From Dictyostelium discoideum (taxonomy: Eukaryota), in assembly GCA_000004695.1 (NCBI GenBank), contig CM000153.2:896001-960000 (forward strand): a stretch of DNA of 64,000 nucleotides, in the 5' to 3' direction. Below are positions 10,745 through 25,966 of this stretch, in pieces (position 1 is the first letter of the stretch; every line of letters begins with the position of its first letter). The notes under the pieces are model-generated. The model searched no databases. It saw only the letters and a program-made list of their open reading frames with translations, and had not been told where the DNA came from. A program made the translations under genes and the position numbers.

Positions 10745-11580
10745 GATTTACTTTTCAAACCAATATTTAAAATGGTACCTTTGAATTGACCAACAGACAG
10801 ACAAACAGCTCATCCAATCATTTATAAAATCAATTGGATTCCAATTTTTGAATTGCTTGAATTGATTCGACATCATCTGAACTGAATGTATAGTCTTCTG
10901 ATTAACTTGTTTACAATAATCTGGAATAACCATTTGAACATAATATGATCCTGGTACATGATCTTTTAATGTGGGTATTTACCATTTTCATCTGTGACAA
11001 GATATTCAATTTGGTGACGTAACTAATTTCTACAGAACCTGATAATAATGTTTGACCAATATGGAGTGTTTATACTATGAAACCTGGATTGACGTCAGTT
11101 CCAGTCAATGTTAAACAATATTTACAACTATTATTGACAAAGAGATTATCTACACTGTTGGTTAATGTAATTGATACATCTGATTTACCACGATATCGCT
11201 TTAGGTTTTTCGTGAATTTATCATTGTTATTTGAATCAATACAAACAAATGTACCCATTTGATAGAATGGAGCTAAACCTAAGTTTTAATTATCTAATGG
11301 TCCTAAACCTGTGAAACATTATCTATACATCTTGTGATCAAATGAAAGAAATGGTGAATCTGATGATGTATTTATAGATGACTTTGAATTTCCTTTTTTT
11401 TTTTTTTTTTCCCTTGCTAATTTTACCATATTAATTACAGCCTGCTAATTTTATCATATTATTTTCAGCCTAAAAACAGGTGGTTTGTGTAGGACGAAAC
11501 TAATAAGGCTGCTGTAATTAATATAATAAAATTAGCAAGGGACACATCTTCTCCAAAAGAAATAATGTGTCAAAAAAAAA
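10745..11580. repeat. Interspersed repeat (family B), copy 2, lacking the nested insertions of copy 1
   Basis: Aligns with 7290-8560 minus the two inserted segments. It contains the palindromic element at 11412-11545 (CCCTTGCTAATTTTACCATATTAATTACAGCC...GGCTGCTGTAATTAATATAATAAAATTAGCAAGGG). Confidence 0.55.
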
Positions 11581-12798
11581 AAAAAAAAAAAAAAAAAGAA
11601 TGAAAATTATAAAAAAATAAAATTAAAAAAAATAAAATTAAAAAAAATAAAAAATTTATAAAAAAAATAAAAATAAAAAAATATTTATGGGAAAAAAAAT
11701 TAAAAAAATAAATAAAAAAATCCAAATTTAGTATAAAAATAAAACAACCAGAAATAAACAAAATGATATAAAAAAAATGATTGAATGATTTTTGAATTTT
11801 TTTTTATTAGAATGGTTATATTTATTTATTTTTTATTTTATTTTATATCGTTGTGTATTTTTGAATTGAAAATAAATAAAATTAAATCATTGTTTTTTTT
11901 AAAAAAAAAAAAAAAAAAAAAAATGAAAAATAAAATAAAATGAAAATTTGGATGTGATTGAAAAAAAAAAAAAAATTAATTATTTTTCAAAGATATTTTT
12001 AAAGATTTGGAGAGTGGAAAAAATAATAATTTTTTTTTTTTAAGATTTCTTTTTATTTTATTTTTAAATTTATTTTTAAATCTATTTTAACAAAAGCAAA
12101 AAAAAAAAAATAAAAAAAAAAATAAAATATAAAAAAAAAAATAAAAAATAAAAATAAAAAATTATTTATAATATGTATTTTTAATTAATTTTTTTTTTTT
12201 TTTTTTTTTTTTATCTTGTAAATTTATTTTTCTTATTTTTTTTTTTTTTTTTTTTTTTTGTTTTTATTTTTTTTTTTTTATTTTTTTTTTTTTTTAGTTT
12301 TACCTTCTAACCCGATAACCCATTAATTTTTTTTTTGCAATGTAAGTATTATGGATAATTATATATTATTATAACGTGATGTTGATGTTTTTTGTGTTGC
12401 AAAAAAAAAAATTTTAAAAAAAAAAATTAAAAAAAAAAAAAAATTTAAAAAAAAAAAAATTAATATACTCACACTATCCAATTCCTATTGCGGTTGGGCA
12501 TTCAAATGGAAGGATGACTCCAACCTGATTCGTTTTTTTTTTTTTTTTTTTAAATTTCATTTTTTTTTTTTTTTTTTTTATTTTTAATTTTTTTTTTTTT
12601 TAAAATTTTTTATTTGTTTGATATTTTAACCACACTTTACTTTTTTTATTTTTTATTTTTATTTATTTATTTTTTTTTTTATTTATTTATTTTCTTATAT
12701 ATAATAAATATATATATAAAATATAATAACATTAAATTTTGTAATAATAATAATATAATAAAAAAAAAAATAATAATAATAGTTAATAGTTAATAGTA

Positions 12799-12844
<46 letters not shown>

Positions 12845-12848
<4 letters not shown>

Positions 12849-14395
12849 TAGAAGAAAAGAAAACTACTCAAGCAACACCAAGAGTTGAAGAGGAAGTTAA
12901 ATCATATTATTATCCAGATAGAGATGCAGATATGGAAGAGGTTGGACGTGGATATTCAATATGGAGAAATAATACATTCCGTACTATGGTATTAGGATTA
13001 ACACCATTGGTTATAATAAATTTCATTTACCTCTATAATAATAGTGCTATATTAATTGACATTTTCGATAAATTTCAAACCATGGTATTGGAAGAGATGT
13101 CAAATCAAGATCCAACCAATATTTACATTATAATAACATTGGCATTCTTGTCATTATTAGGATTGGAATTGGTAATTAGTGTATTTTTATCAAAGAGAAG
13201 AAGAGAGGTTTACTTGGTTGATTTCAGTGTATTCCAACCACCAGAGCAATACAAAATTTCACATGAATTCTTTGTTGAGCATACAAAGAGTGTCGGATGG
13301 TTCGATCAAGATTCAGTGGATTTCCAAACTAAATTATTGTATCGTACAGGTTTGGGTAATGAGACTTACTTCCCAGCAGGTATCACCAAAAAGTCACCAG
13401 ACGTATCGATGGAGAGTGCACGTGAGGAGGCTCAATTGGTGTTGTCAGGCTGTTTGGATTCATTGTTTGCAAAGACTGGTTTGAAACCACAAGAGATCGA
13501 TATCCTCATTGTCAATTGCTCCCTTTTCAATCCAACACCATCACTCGCTGCAATGATGATGAATAGATATAAGATGCGTTCAGATGTTTTAAGTTATAAT
13601 CTATCTGGTATGGGTTGTTCTGCTGGTGCAATCTCTATTGATTTGGCTAAACAGTTATTACAAGTCCACAAGAATGCCACCGCCGTTGTATTATCCACCG
13701 AGAATATCACACAAAATTGGTATCGTGGTAATGAAAGAGCAATGTTGGTCACCAATACCCTCTTCCGTATGGGTGGTGCTGCAATTATGTTATCCAATAA
13801 ATCAAAATACTATTGGACTGGTAAATATCGTTTGGTCGCAAGTGTTCGTGTCACTAAATGTCACGATGCCGCCTACAATGCCGTATACCAAACCGAGGAT
13901 AATAAAGGTAACAAAGGTGTTAGATTGGCAACAGGTAGGGATTTAATGACTGTGGTTGGTGATTGTATGAAAACTAATTTCACTATCTTGGGTCCAATGG
14001 TTTTACCATGGAGTGAACAAATCAAATTTTTCGTAAACTTTTGTCATAGAAAATTGGTTGGTGGTAAAAAAGTACCTGCATACGTACCAAACTTTAAAAA
14101 AGCTTTCCAACATTTTTGTATTCATGCTGGTGGTCGTGCCGTCATTGACGGTCTCGAAGAGAACTTTAATCTCTCTCCATATGATGTTGAACCTTCAAGA
14201 GCTACCCTCTATCGTTATGGTAACACCTCTTCTTCCTCAATTTGGTATGAATTAAACTTTATCGAAAAGCAACATTCAGTTAAATGTGGTGAAAAAGTTT
14301 TACAATTAAGTTTTGGTAGTGGTTTCAAAATGAACTCTTTAGTTTGGCAATCAATTAGAGATATTGGTCCATCAAAAAAAAAGAAATTAAATTGA
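12845..14395 (+). CDS. 3-ketoacyl-CoA synthase, FAE1/KCS type (very-long-chain fatty-acid condensing enzyme), 516 aa, intronless
   Basis: ATG at 12845. Family signatures: FNPTPSLAAMMMNRYKMRSDVLSYNLSGMGCSAGAISIDLAKQLLQ (active-site Cys), HAGGRAVIDGLEENFNLS, GNTSSSSIWYEL, and an N-terminal hydrophobic anchor. Confidence 0.85.
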
Positions 14396-14616
14396 ATTAC
14401 TAAATAAATAAATAAATTAAATAAATAATAAATAAAAAAATAGTTATTTATAAATTTTAAATAATGAAAATAAAAATAAATAGTTATTTATAAATAAAAT
14501 AAAAAAAAAACTTTTAAAATAATTTTCTTTTTTTTTTTTTTTTTTTTTTAAATTAAATTTTTATAATATATAAAAATTTATTTTTTATTTTTTTTATTTT
14601 TTATTTATTTATTTAT

Positions 14617-15070
14617 TTATTGAGCATATGGTAATTTTTTTAATTCTTCAATTGCATTTACTAAGGTTTCTTTGTGTGGTAATAAATCTTTATCAATGTC
14701 AATGAATGTACTGGTATTTTCAACATAGAATGAACGTGATAATGGAATTAAAACTGTTTTTTCTTGTGGAATTAAATTCATACCAAGAGCACCACCTAAT
14801 AATGTATATAAAAAGTCATTACTACCTTTACCACCGGTTGAACCATATGTAACTACGATTGTTGGTTTTTTAGTCCATTCTTTCCATAAATAATCAATTG
14901 CATTTTTTAAACCACCTGGAATTGAACCATTATAAACTGGTGATACAAAAATAAAACTATCAATTCCTGCAATCTTTTCTGACCATGCCATTGTATGAGA
15001 ATTTACATATGGTTTACCTATTTATTAAATAAAGAAAAAAAATAAAAATAAAAATAAAAATTAATATTGG

Positions 15071-15106
<36 letters not shown>

Positions 15107-15334
15107 TATTAAATTAAAAAAAAAAAGAGACTTACCAGCTTTTGGTGGATTTGGTTCATCATAAAGTGGTAAATTTTCTTTTTGTAAATCGATAATTTTA
15201 ATTTGAGTTGAAGAAGAGTCAATATTTTCAGCTAAAATTCTTTGGGCCCATTCACTGATTTGGAAACCTACTCTATTTGGTCTGGTGGATGATACAATAA
15301 TTCCAATTACTTTTGTTGCAGTGTTACTAACCAT
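14617..15334 (-). CDS. NADPH-dependent FMN reductase / flavodoxin-fold oxidoreductase, 199 aa; exons 15136..15334 and 14617..15017
   Basis: ATG at 15332-15334. Exon 1 ends ..PPKAG+g at a GTAAGT donor; the acceptor is AAATAG|GT, giving GKPYVNSHTMAWSEKIAGIDSFIFVSPVYNGSIPGGLKNAIDYL. GIIVSSTR and FVSPVYNGS(I)PG are characteristic of this family. Confidence 0.75.
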
Positions 15335-16042
15335 TTTATATTATATATGTATGTAAATGTAAATGTAAATGTATGTTTATTAAAATAAAATAAAATAAAT
15401 AAAAGTTTTTAATTATTTGTTTGAATGTGTGGTTATAATAATTATTTAAAAATGAAATAAAAAAAAAAATGAAAAAAAATTATTTATATAAAAAAATAAA
15501 AATAAAAAATAAAAAAAAAATAAATGAAAAATTAAAAAAAAAAACGTGTTGGTGATACCCGAACGTTCTAACGTAAATTTATTTTAAGAACGGAACAGGG
15601 TCCAAAATTTGAAAAAAATTAAATTCTGGTGAAAAATGAAAAAAAAACCTATAAATATTTTTGAATTTCGTGAAAGGGAGATTAAAGAATTATTAGGTGG
15701 GGCCCCCAATTGAATTCTTTAAGTTTATGGGAAAAAAAAAAAAAAAAATTTTCCAATTTTTTTATTTTTTTATTTTTTTAATTTTTTTTTTTTTTTAAAA
15801 TTTCCAAAGTCAAAGAAATCTTGGGGAAATATTATTTTATTGTTTTTTTATTTTTTTTAAGAAAAAATTTAATTTAAAAGTAAATTATGGAAATAATTAA
15901 ATTGGTTATTTTTTATTTTTTATTTTATTTTTTTTATTATAATTTTTTTTTTTTTTTTATTAGATTTATTTAATTAGCTTCTAAAGATATATTATTTGTT
16001 TTTTTTAGGTAATGGAAAAAAAAAAAAAAAAAAAATTATTTT

Positions 16043-16250
16043 ATTCACCAGAGAAAAAAACCTAAGAAATTTTACTATTTTGTGAGAAATTAAACTACCG
16101 CAAAAACTCATATTTTAAGAAACGATATTATAATTTAATAAAATTTTTAACAAACTAATATCAATTTCTAATTAATAATTAATCACACTTTATTTTTAAA
16201 TTATCATAAAATAATAAAAAAGAATCTGGCCAGATAGATATTGTATATTA
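16043..16250. repeat. Partial copy of the 7775-8037 MITE-like element
   Basis: 16110-16200 matches 7850-7935 (GAAATTATAATTTAATAAAATTTTTAACAAA(C/T)TAATAT..AATTAATAAT..ATCACA). The left end is related; the right end has diverged. Confidence 0.35.
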
Positions 16251-16875
16251 TTAAAAACTATAATAAAATGATAAAAAATAATGGGTGCACAATAAATATT
16301 TAAATAAAAAATATTAAAATATAAATAATCTTATTTTTTATAAAATATCCTATTTTCTAATAATTATTATAATTATTTTTTAAAAAAAAATAACCCCGAA
16401 TTAATAAAATTTTAAAATTCTAATATATTTTCTTATTTTTTAGTATTAATTAAATTTTAATAAAAAATGCCATTTTTTTTTTTATAATAAGTTTCATTTT
16501 TTTATAAATTTTATAAATTTTATTTTTTTTATTTTTTTGTTATTATTAATCTTATTTTGTAATAATTTTTATTAATTTATAAAATAGCATTACAGACTTT
16601 TATTAAAATTTAATTTAATTAATTATATTTTAACATTTTTTTTCCAGTGTTATTAGATTTGAGGATTTTGATTAAATTATGACTCTGTATTTTAATTTTT
16701 TTTTTTTTAATTTTTTTTTTTTTTTTGGCGCTAAAATTTGAAACCATTTTTTTTTAGTTTTTTTTTTTTTTTTTTTTAATCATTTTTATTATAATTTAAA
16801 AACCACGCAAAAAAAAAAAAAAAAAATTAATTTTTATAAAAAACAAAAAAAAAACAAAAACAAAAACAACAAATA

Positions 16876-16908
16876 ATGGAGGGGTAAGTTTATTTTAAAC
16901 ATATTTTA

Positions 16909-16942
<34 letters not shown>

Positions 16943-18543
16943 TAAATATATATAAATAAATATATATTAATTAATTAATTTTTTAAAACTTTATTATTAA
17001 ATATAAATATATTAAAAAAAAAAAAAAAAGATTTGGAAGAAATGAAATTTTAAATTGGATAAATGATTTATTACAATTAGATTATAAAAAGATTGAACAA
17101 TTAGGTAGTGGAGCAGCACTTTGTCAATTGGTTGATATTATACATCCAGGTAAAATCAATTTAAAGATGGTTAATTTCAATGCTAAATATGATTACGAAT
17201 ATATTAAAAACTTTTCATACCTTCAAGAGAGTTTTGCAAAATTGGGTGTTGAAAAGTATGTTGAAGTTTCAGAATTAGTTAAATCACGTCCACAAGCAAA
17301 TTTAGAGTTTGCACAATGGATGAAAAAATATTTTGATCAATATTATACTGGTGAACCATATAATGCAATTGAAAGAAGAATTGCATTAAAAATTCCAACT
17401 GATAAAGATAGATCATCATTAAAAGGTAAGACTGCAGCAACAGGAGCACCACCAACAAGTAAACCTTCACCATCATCAACTTTAAAACCTGCAACAACAG
17501 CAGCATCAAAACCAGCACCAGTATCAAAACCAACTACAACTACAGCAAAACCAACACCATCATCAGTTTCAAAACCTGTATCAAAACCAACACCATCATC
17601 AATTTCAAAACCTGTATCAAAACCTACACCATCAATTTCAAAACCTGTAACAAAACCAACACCAACAACAACATCAACATCAACAACCACCACTGTATCA
17701 ACACCACCATCAACACCAAAACCAACAAATACACCAATACCATCAACAACAGGAAAACCAACATTAACACAACCAACATTTAAACCAACACCAAAATCAG
17801 TATCACCAACACCACCAGTAGTAGCAGGATCAACAGTCACAACTAAAACAGTGATTGTATCAGAACCACCAACAGAGTTATTAGAGGAATTGGAGCAACA
17901 AAAGAGAGAATTAGAACAACAAAGAAAAGAACTTGAAGAACAAAAATCAGTCATTCAAGAAATGACAGAAAAGATTGCAAATTTTGAAATTACAATTCAA
18001 GATATTGAAAAAGATAGAGACTTTTATTTCGAACGTTTAAGAGAAGCTGAAATCTTTTGTCAAGATCATTCTGATGTACCTTTATTAGGTGAAGTTTTGA
18101 AAATACTTTATAATAGTAATGGTGAGGAAGAAGGAGAAGAAGGAGAAGGAGAGGAACAAGGTGGTGAAGAAGAAGAAGAAGAAGAGGAACAAGGTGAAAA
18201 TAATATTGAACAAGAGGAAGAGGAACAAATTGAACAACAACAACAACAACAAGAGGAAGAGGAGGAACATGAAAGAGAAACTCTATCAGAACCAGAACCA
18301 GATCAAGATAACTCTGCTATTCCACTTGAACAATTAGAAATTAATGATGAGGAAGAAGAATTCAATCAACATCAAGAACAAGAAGAAGAGGATGAACATT
18401 TTGAAGATGAAGAAAAAGTTAATGGATTAAATGAAGAGGAAATTATGAATTCTGTACTTCAAAATGCTTCTGATGAAGATGACATTTTAGAAAGTACTTT
18501 TGATGGTAATGAGGATGATAGTTTACTTCAAGATGAATATTAA
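16876..18543 (+). CDS. eb1: Microtubule plus-end-binding protein EB1; exon 1 is the 8-nt micro-exon ATGGAGGG (16876..16883), exon 2 is 17031..18543
   Basis: The spliced N-terminus [47 protein letters not shown] is an EB1 calponin-homology domain. The C-terminal EB1 motif is [16 protein letters not shown]...[10 protein letters not shown], followed by an acidic EEY-like tail. The Ser/Pro/Thr-rich linker is typical of the large Dictyostelium EB1. Confidence 0.85.
17549..17653 (+). repeat. Three tandem 36-nt coding repeats (KPTPSS[V/I]SKPVS) within the EB1 linker
   Basis: AAACCAACACCATCATCAGTTTCAAAACCTGTATCA is repeated with 1-3 substitutions. Confidence 0.6.
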
Positions 18544-18627
18544 AATAATAAAAAAATAAAATAAATAAAAAATAAATAAAAATTTAAAAAATTAAATAAC
18601 AACATATAGATTTATATTTATTAATTA

Positions 18628-18658
<31 letters not shown>

Positions 18659-18819
18659 TACATTGTTGTTTCTATTTTTAAAGAAAAAAAAAATATGAAA
18701 AAAAAGAAAATGGTGTTTGATGGTGATTTAATTATTCATTTAAATTTATTTTTTATTTTTTTTTTATTTTTTTTTTTAATTTTTTTATTTTTTTTTTTAT
18801 AATTTAAAAATAGAAATAA

Positions 18820-18850
<31 letters not shown>

Positions 18851-18993
18851 TGTTATTTTCAAAAAACAAAAAAAAACATATAAAAATTTAATGCAAAGAA
18901 ATAAATTAAATGTATTTTTTTTTTTTTTTTTTAACTTTTCTTTTTTATCCTTTTCTTTTTTTTTTTTAAAAATATATTATCTTTTACTAACCC

Positions 18994-19037
<44 letters not shown>

Positions 19038-19080
19038 GAATGGTAATTTTAAAGATGAAGATTATTTTAACCTAAATTTA

Positions 19081-22076
<2,996 letters not shown>

Positions 22077-22295
22077 ATTATATTAAATCAAATCAAATCA
22101 AATTAAATAATAGGAAAAAAACGAAACATGATTCATTTTTACTTGAATAATCAATTAATTTATTTTTTTAAATAAAAATAAATAAATTAAATTAAATAAA
22201 AATAAATAAATAATATGGAAAAAACCATGATTCATTCACTTTAATAATTAATTAATTAATTAGTTTATTTATTTTTTTTAAATTTGGTAATTAAT

Positions 22296-24167
22296 TTAAA
22301 ATGCTTTAAATTTAAGAGTAAATTTATCAGTTGAATCGATATGAGGAGCTTGTGGGAATGATACACGAACATAATAAGTTTTTGTATTATCAATTGAATT
22401 TTGAAGATCACAGATTGATTCTTGTTTACCAGATGCGATAACAGATGAAACACAATCATAACCATATGGATCAGTTGTTTTTGTTACAGTTTCATAAACT
22501 GATGTATTAACTTCAGTGCAACTTGAGAATGAATTTAAACCAACTCTAAAAACATGTAATGTATCAACAATATTACTCTCAGTTTGAATTTTATATAAAA
22601 CTGTACCAGATTCTGGAATATTCTCAGTTATTGATGAACCAGATTCAATGGTTTTGACTTTATTTTCAATATTATCAGTGGAATATTTAATTTCTAATTT
22701 ACCAGTTCTACCAATTTGATCATTGTAACTACAATGGAATAGCTGAATTAAATAATGACCTGGTGTGAGAGTTGCTGAAACTGATGGGCAAGTATTCTTA
22801 CAACATCCTTCATCAAGACCTATGATATCAGTTGAAGTTGATGGACCAATTATTTGAATTAATGCATCGATACCTTTAACTTTGAAGCTTAAATTGCAAA
22901 GTTCTTTAACGTATACAAAGAAGAATTCTTTTGTACCTTTAATTTTAGCAACAACATCTTTTTCTTGAATTGTTGGATCAGTTTCTTTTAGACCGAAACT
23001 AATGATACCTTGATAACCAGTTTGTAAAAGTTGTGGATCACTATCTTTAATTGCAATTGTATAGTATGAATTAATATCGGCATTACCATTACTTGAAACA
23101 ACAACATAATAGGTACCTCTCTTTGCTTCAAATGAAACCTTATCAATTGTACCACCTTTGGAATGTTTAACTGGTGGTTTATTTAATTGAGAACCAGTAA
23201 AACCTTTAGTTTGGAAATCCCATTCATTAATATCATTTTCATTATATTGAGTATGAATTGAAATGTCATTGATTATAGCATTACCTATTGAATTGAATAC
23301 AAAGTAATAACTTTCTGATTTAATTGAATTAATGTTAAATTTGAAAACTTGTTTACTTTGACCATTTGGGAATGCTTTAACTGGTTTAGCATTGAATGCA
23401 ATTGTTGAACTTGTATCATATTGATAGCCAAGTGATCTAAAATCAATTACATCCTTTGATTCATAGTGTGAATAACAAATTGGTAAACTTTCTTGTAACC
23501 ATGGTACAGTAAATGAAAGTGAATTATCCCATGGCCAAAGTGGATCATCTAAATTATGACCCCATGGATAAGAATATGGTTCGGCGGTTTTATCATTAAC
23601 GACTTGGAATGAATCACGACCTTTCTTTGGGAAATACATATCTCCAAAGTGGCCTTGATCTTGCCAATCTGCCCATAATCTATCGATATTACAATGATGT
23701 AACCAAAAGATTGGATCATTATTAGAACATGCAACATTTGTCATTGTTGAAATACTCGAATAGATTTCTTGGGTTTTCCATACAACATCGGCTGGATCTT
23801 TATCTTTAATTTTACTTTGATCAACTTGTAATTGTTGTGGCATTTGAGCACCAGAACCATAACCATACCAATCATGAGTTGGATTATGAGCTTTTAAACC
23901 AGCTTCAACACCAATTCTAAAACCTCTATTAGTATCATCTCCTGGTTTTACTCTTTTTGTTGATGGATCAATTATAACTGCACTTGGACTAAAAGTATTT
24001 GAACACATAAATTCTTTAAATTCACTTTGTGGTGTTGCTAAAAAGTCAAATGGTCCTAAATATCTAACAACAGTATTACCTAACGAATTTTCAGCTTTAG
24101 ATGCTTTATGTAATTCTTCTCTAACATAAAATCCATTTTCACTTGTAAAAACTGAGTTAACCTAAAA

Positions 24168-24213
<46 letters not shown>

Positions 24214-24852
24214 AAAAAATTCAGTAAATTTAAAGATTTAAAAATAATTTTAAAAAAGATAACATACTATTTTCCCACCTAGACCCTCAATGCCACCATT
24301 ACCACCCATAAATTCTTTAATAAATATATTATTTGTTGAAGCATCTCTATCAGTCCAATCCCAATATGGTAAAGTAACAGATGGATCAATTGTTTGTAAT
24401 GCATTTTCAAATTTATTTAATAACATTCTATGCCATGATAAAAATGCTGGATTACCGTGACCTGGATCAACTTTTAATTTATTATTATTATAAACATCTA
24501 AATCTTTTTCATCATATTCAGATTTTCTAGCAAGTGAAACAGCACCCATATGTAATATTACAAATTGATCATAGACAGAGTATTTAGAATTGTTTGGATA
24601 TTTATTTTTTAAACCAACAATTGCAACAAGGAATTTATTTCTTTCTTCCTCACTTAAATGAGCAGCATTTTTTCTAACTCTTCTAAGATCATTATTTTGA
24701 TGACCAAAAGTTAATGGTGGTGGTGGTGCAAAAGCATCTTGAAGGGAAGAAGAGTCTGATGAAGATTCAGATTTTGCCAAGTTTGTTGGTAAATTTGGCT
24801 TATTCTTTTTAAAAATTGGTGAATTTGTAATTGAAGTTGAACCTTCTGACAT
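22296..24852 (-). CDS. Tyrosinase (type-3 copper polyphenol oxidase)-like protein, tandem copy A; exons 24268..24852 and 22296..24161 (816 aa)
   Basis: CuA site: HMGAVSLA...HGNPAFLSWHRMLL...LPYWDWT. CuB site: HNPTHDWYGYG...DPIFWLHHCNIDRLWADWQ. The intron runs GTATGT...TTTTAG (106 nt), with phase 0 on both sides. A C-terminal extension of about 350 aa rich in predicted beta-strands follows. Confidence 0.8.
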
Positions 24853-24911
24853 ATTTTAAGTCTTATATAATAATTAATAATAATAATTGAAAAAAAATTA
24901 GTTTTATATTA

Positions 24912-24949
<38 letters not shown>

Positions 24950-25592
24950 TTATTACTAATTTGCACAAAACACAACATAATATGGCCAGCATTCAAAAAA
25001 AAAGAAAAAAAAAAATTATTAGATCCTTATGAAAATTATTACAAATTAAAAAATTTATATTGTGGTTTTTCTGAAAAATTTTAAAAAAACAAAAAATTAT
25101 TTTATAATATTATGGTAAGTTTTGATTAATATAAAAATTTCAGTAACAAAGTGGTGAAAAGTAATTTTATGCTAGTCTATAGGTATTCATGCGAGAATGT
25201 TTTTTGGCTTTAGTTTTTAAAAAACATCTCGTTGTTTGTAACCGTTATAAATTATTTTCAATAACAACCAAATAGAAAATTTTTATATTACAAATCACAC
25301 AAATAACCAAGAAATAATTGAAATTTTTACAAAATTTTTTTTTTTAAATTCGTGTACCCCACAAATTTACTTTTTAATTTGTTAAAATGTTTCATATTTA
25401 ACACTAAAAACATAACAAATTTAATAAAGATTATCTTTTAATCATGTAAAGCCAATTTTATGCAAATTTCCAAATTAGGACACTCTCTTAAAATTTTTTG
25501 GAAATAAATTCAAAAAATTCTAGCTAAAGGTATCTTACAGGGAAATAATAATAAATAATAATAATAATTATAATAATAATAAATAAATCCTA

Positions 25593-25645
<53 letters not shown>

Positions 25646-25966
25646 ATAAAAATTGGAGATTTTGTTTTTTTAAAAGCTTATTCAAATTTAAAAAAAAAGA
25701 GTAAAGTTTTAAAAATAGGATCATATCAAAAAAAAAAAAAAAATAAGAAAATAAAAAAAAAAAAAAAAAAGTTTTTCCTATGGCATTTATCTTCAACAAA
25801 TAACAATTTTAGTTAATAATTTATTTTCTTAAATAATTAAATTGGATTAAATTAATTAAATAATATCATGATTCATTTTTACTTTAATAATCAATTTTTT
25901 TATTTATTTTTTAATTGGATATATCAATTTTTTTTTACTTCTCTTTTTTAGATAAATTTTATTAAT

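Noticed and set aside
11070-11262. Overlapping 61/62-aa ORFs on both strands inside the family-B repeat
   Set aside because: The region is repeated (8040-8200) with indels that break both frames. There is no conserved coding signal.
15540-15730. GC-richer island with short palindromes (GAACGTTC, GGGGCCCCC), considered as a tRNA or other ncRNA
   Set aside because: No tRNA cloverleaf or A/B-box could be derived. It is more likely promoter sequence between the divergent flavin-reductase and downstream genes. It is kept only as a remark.
17343-17954. 203-aa antisense ORF inside eb1 (also 17279-17533), plus antisense ORFs inside ddx3 (44979-45365, 45012-45284), KCS (13179-13484, 13594-13946, 14058-14255), tyrosinase (23549-23737, 26560-27591) and PP2A-A (53509-53703, 54328-54528)
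   Set aside because: These are mirror-frame artefacts of strongly supported sense-strand genes. They have repetitive V/G/D or L/V/M composition and no independent homology.
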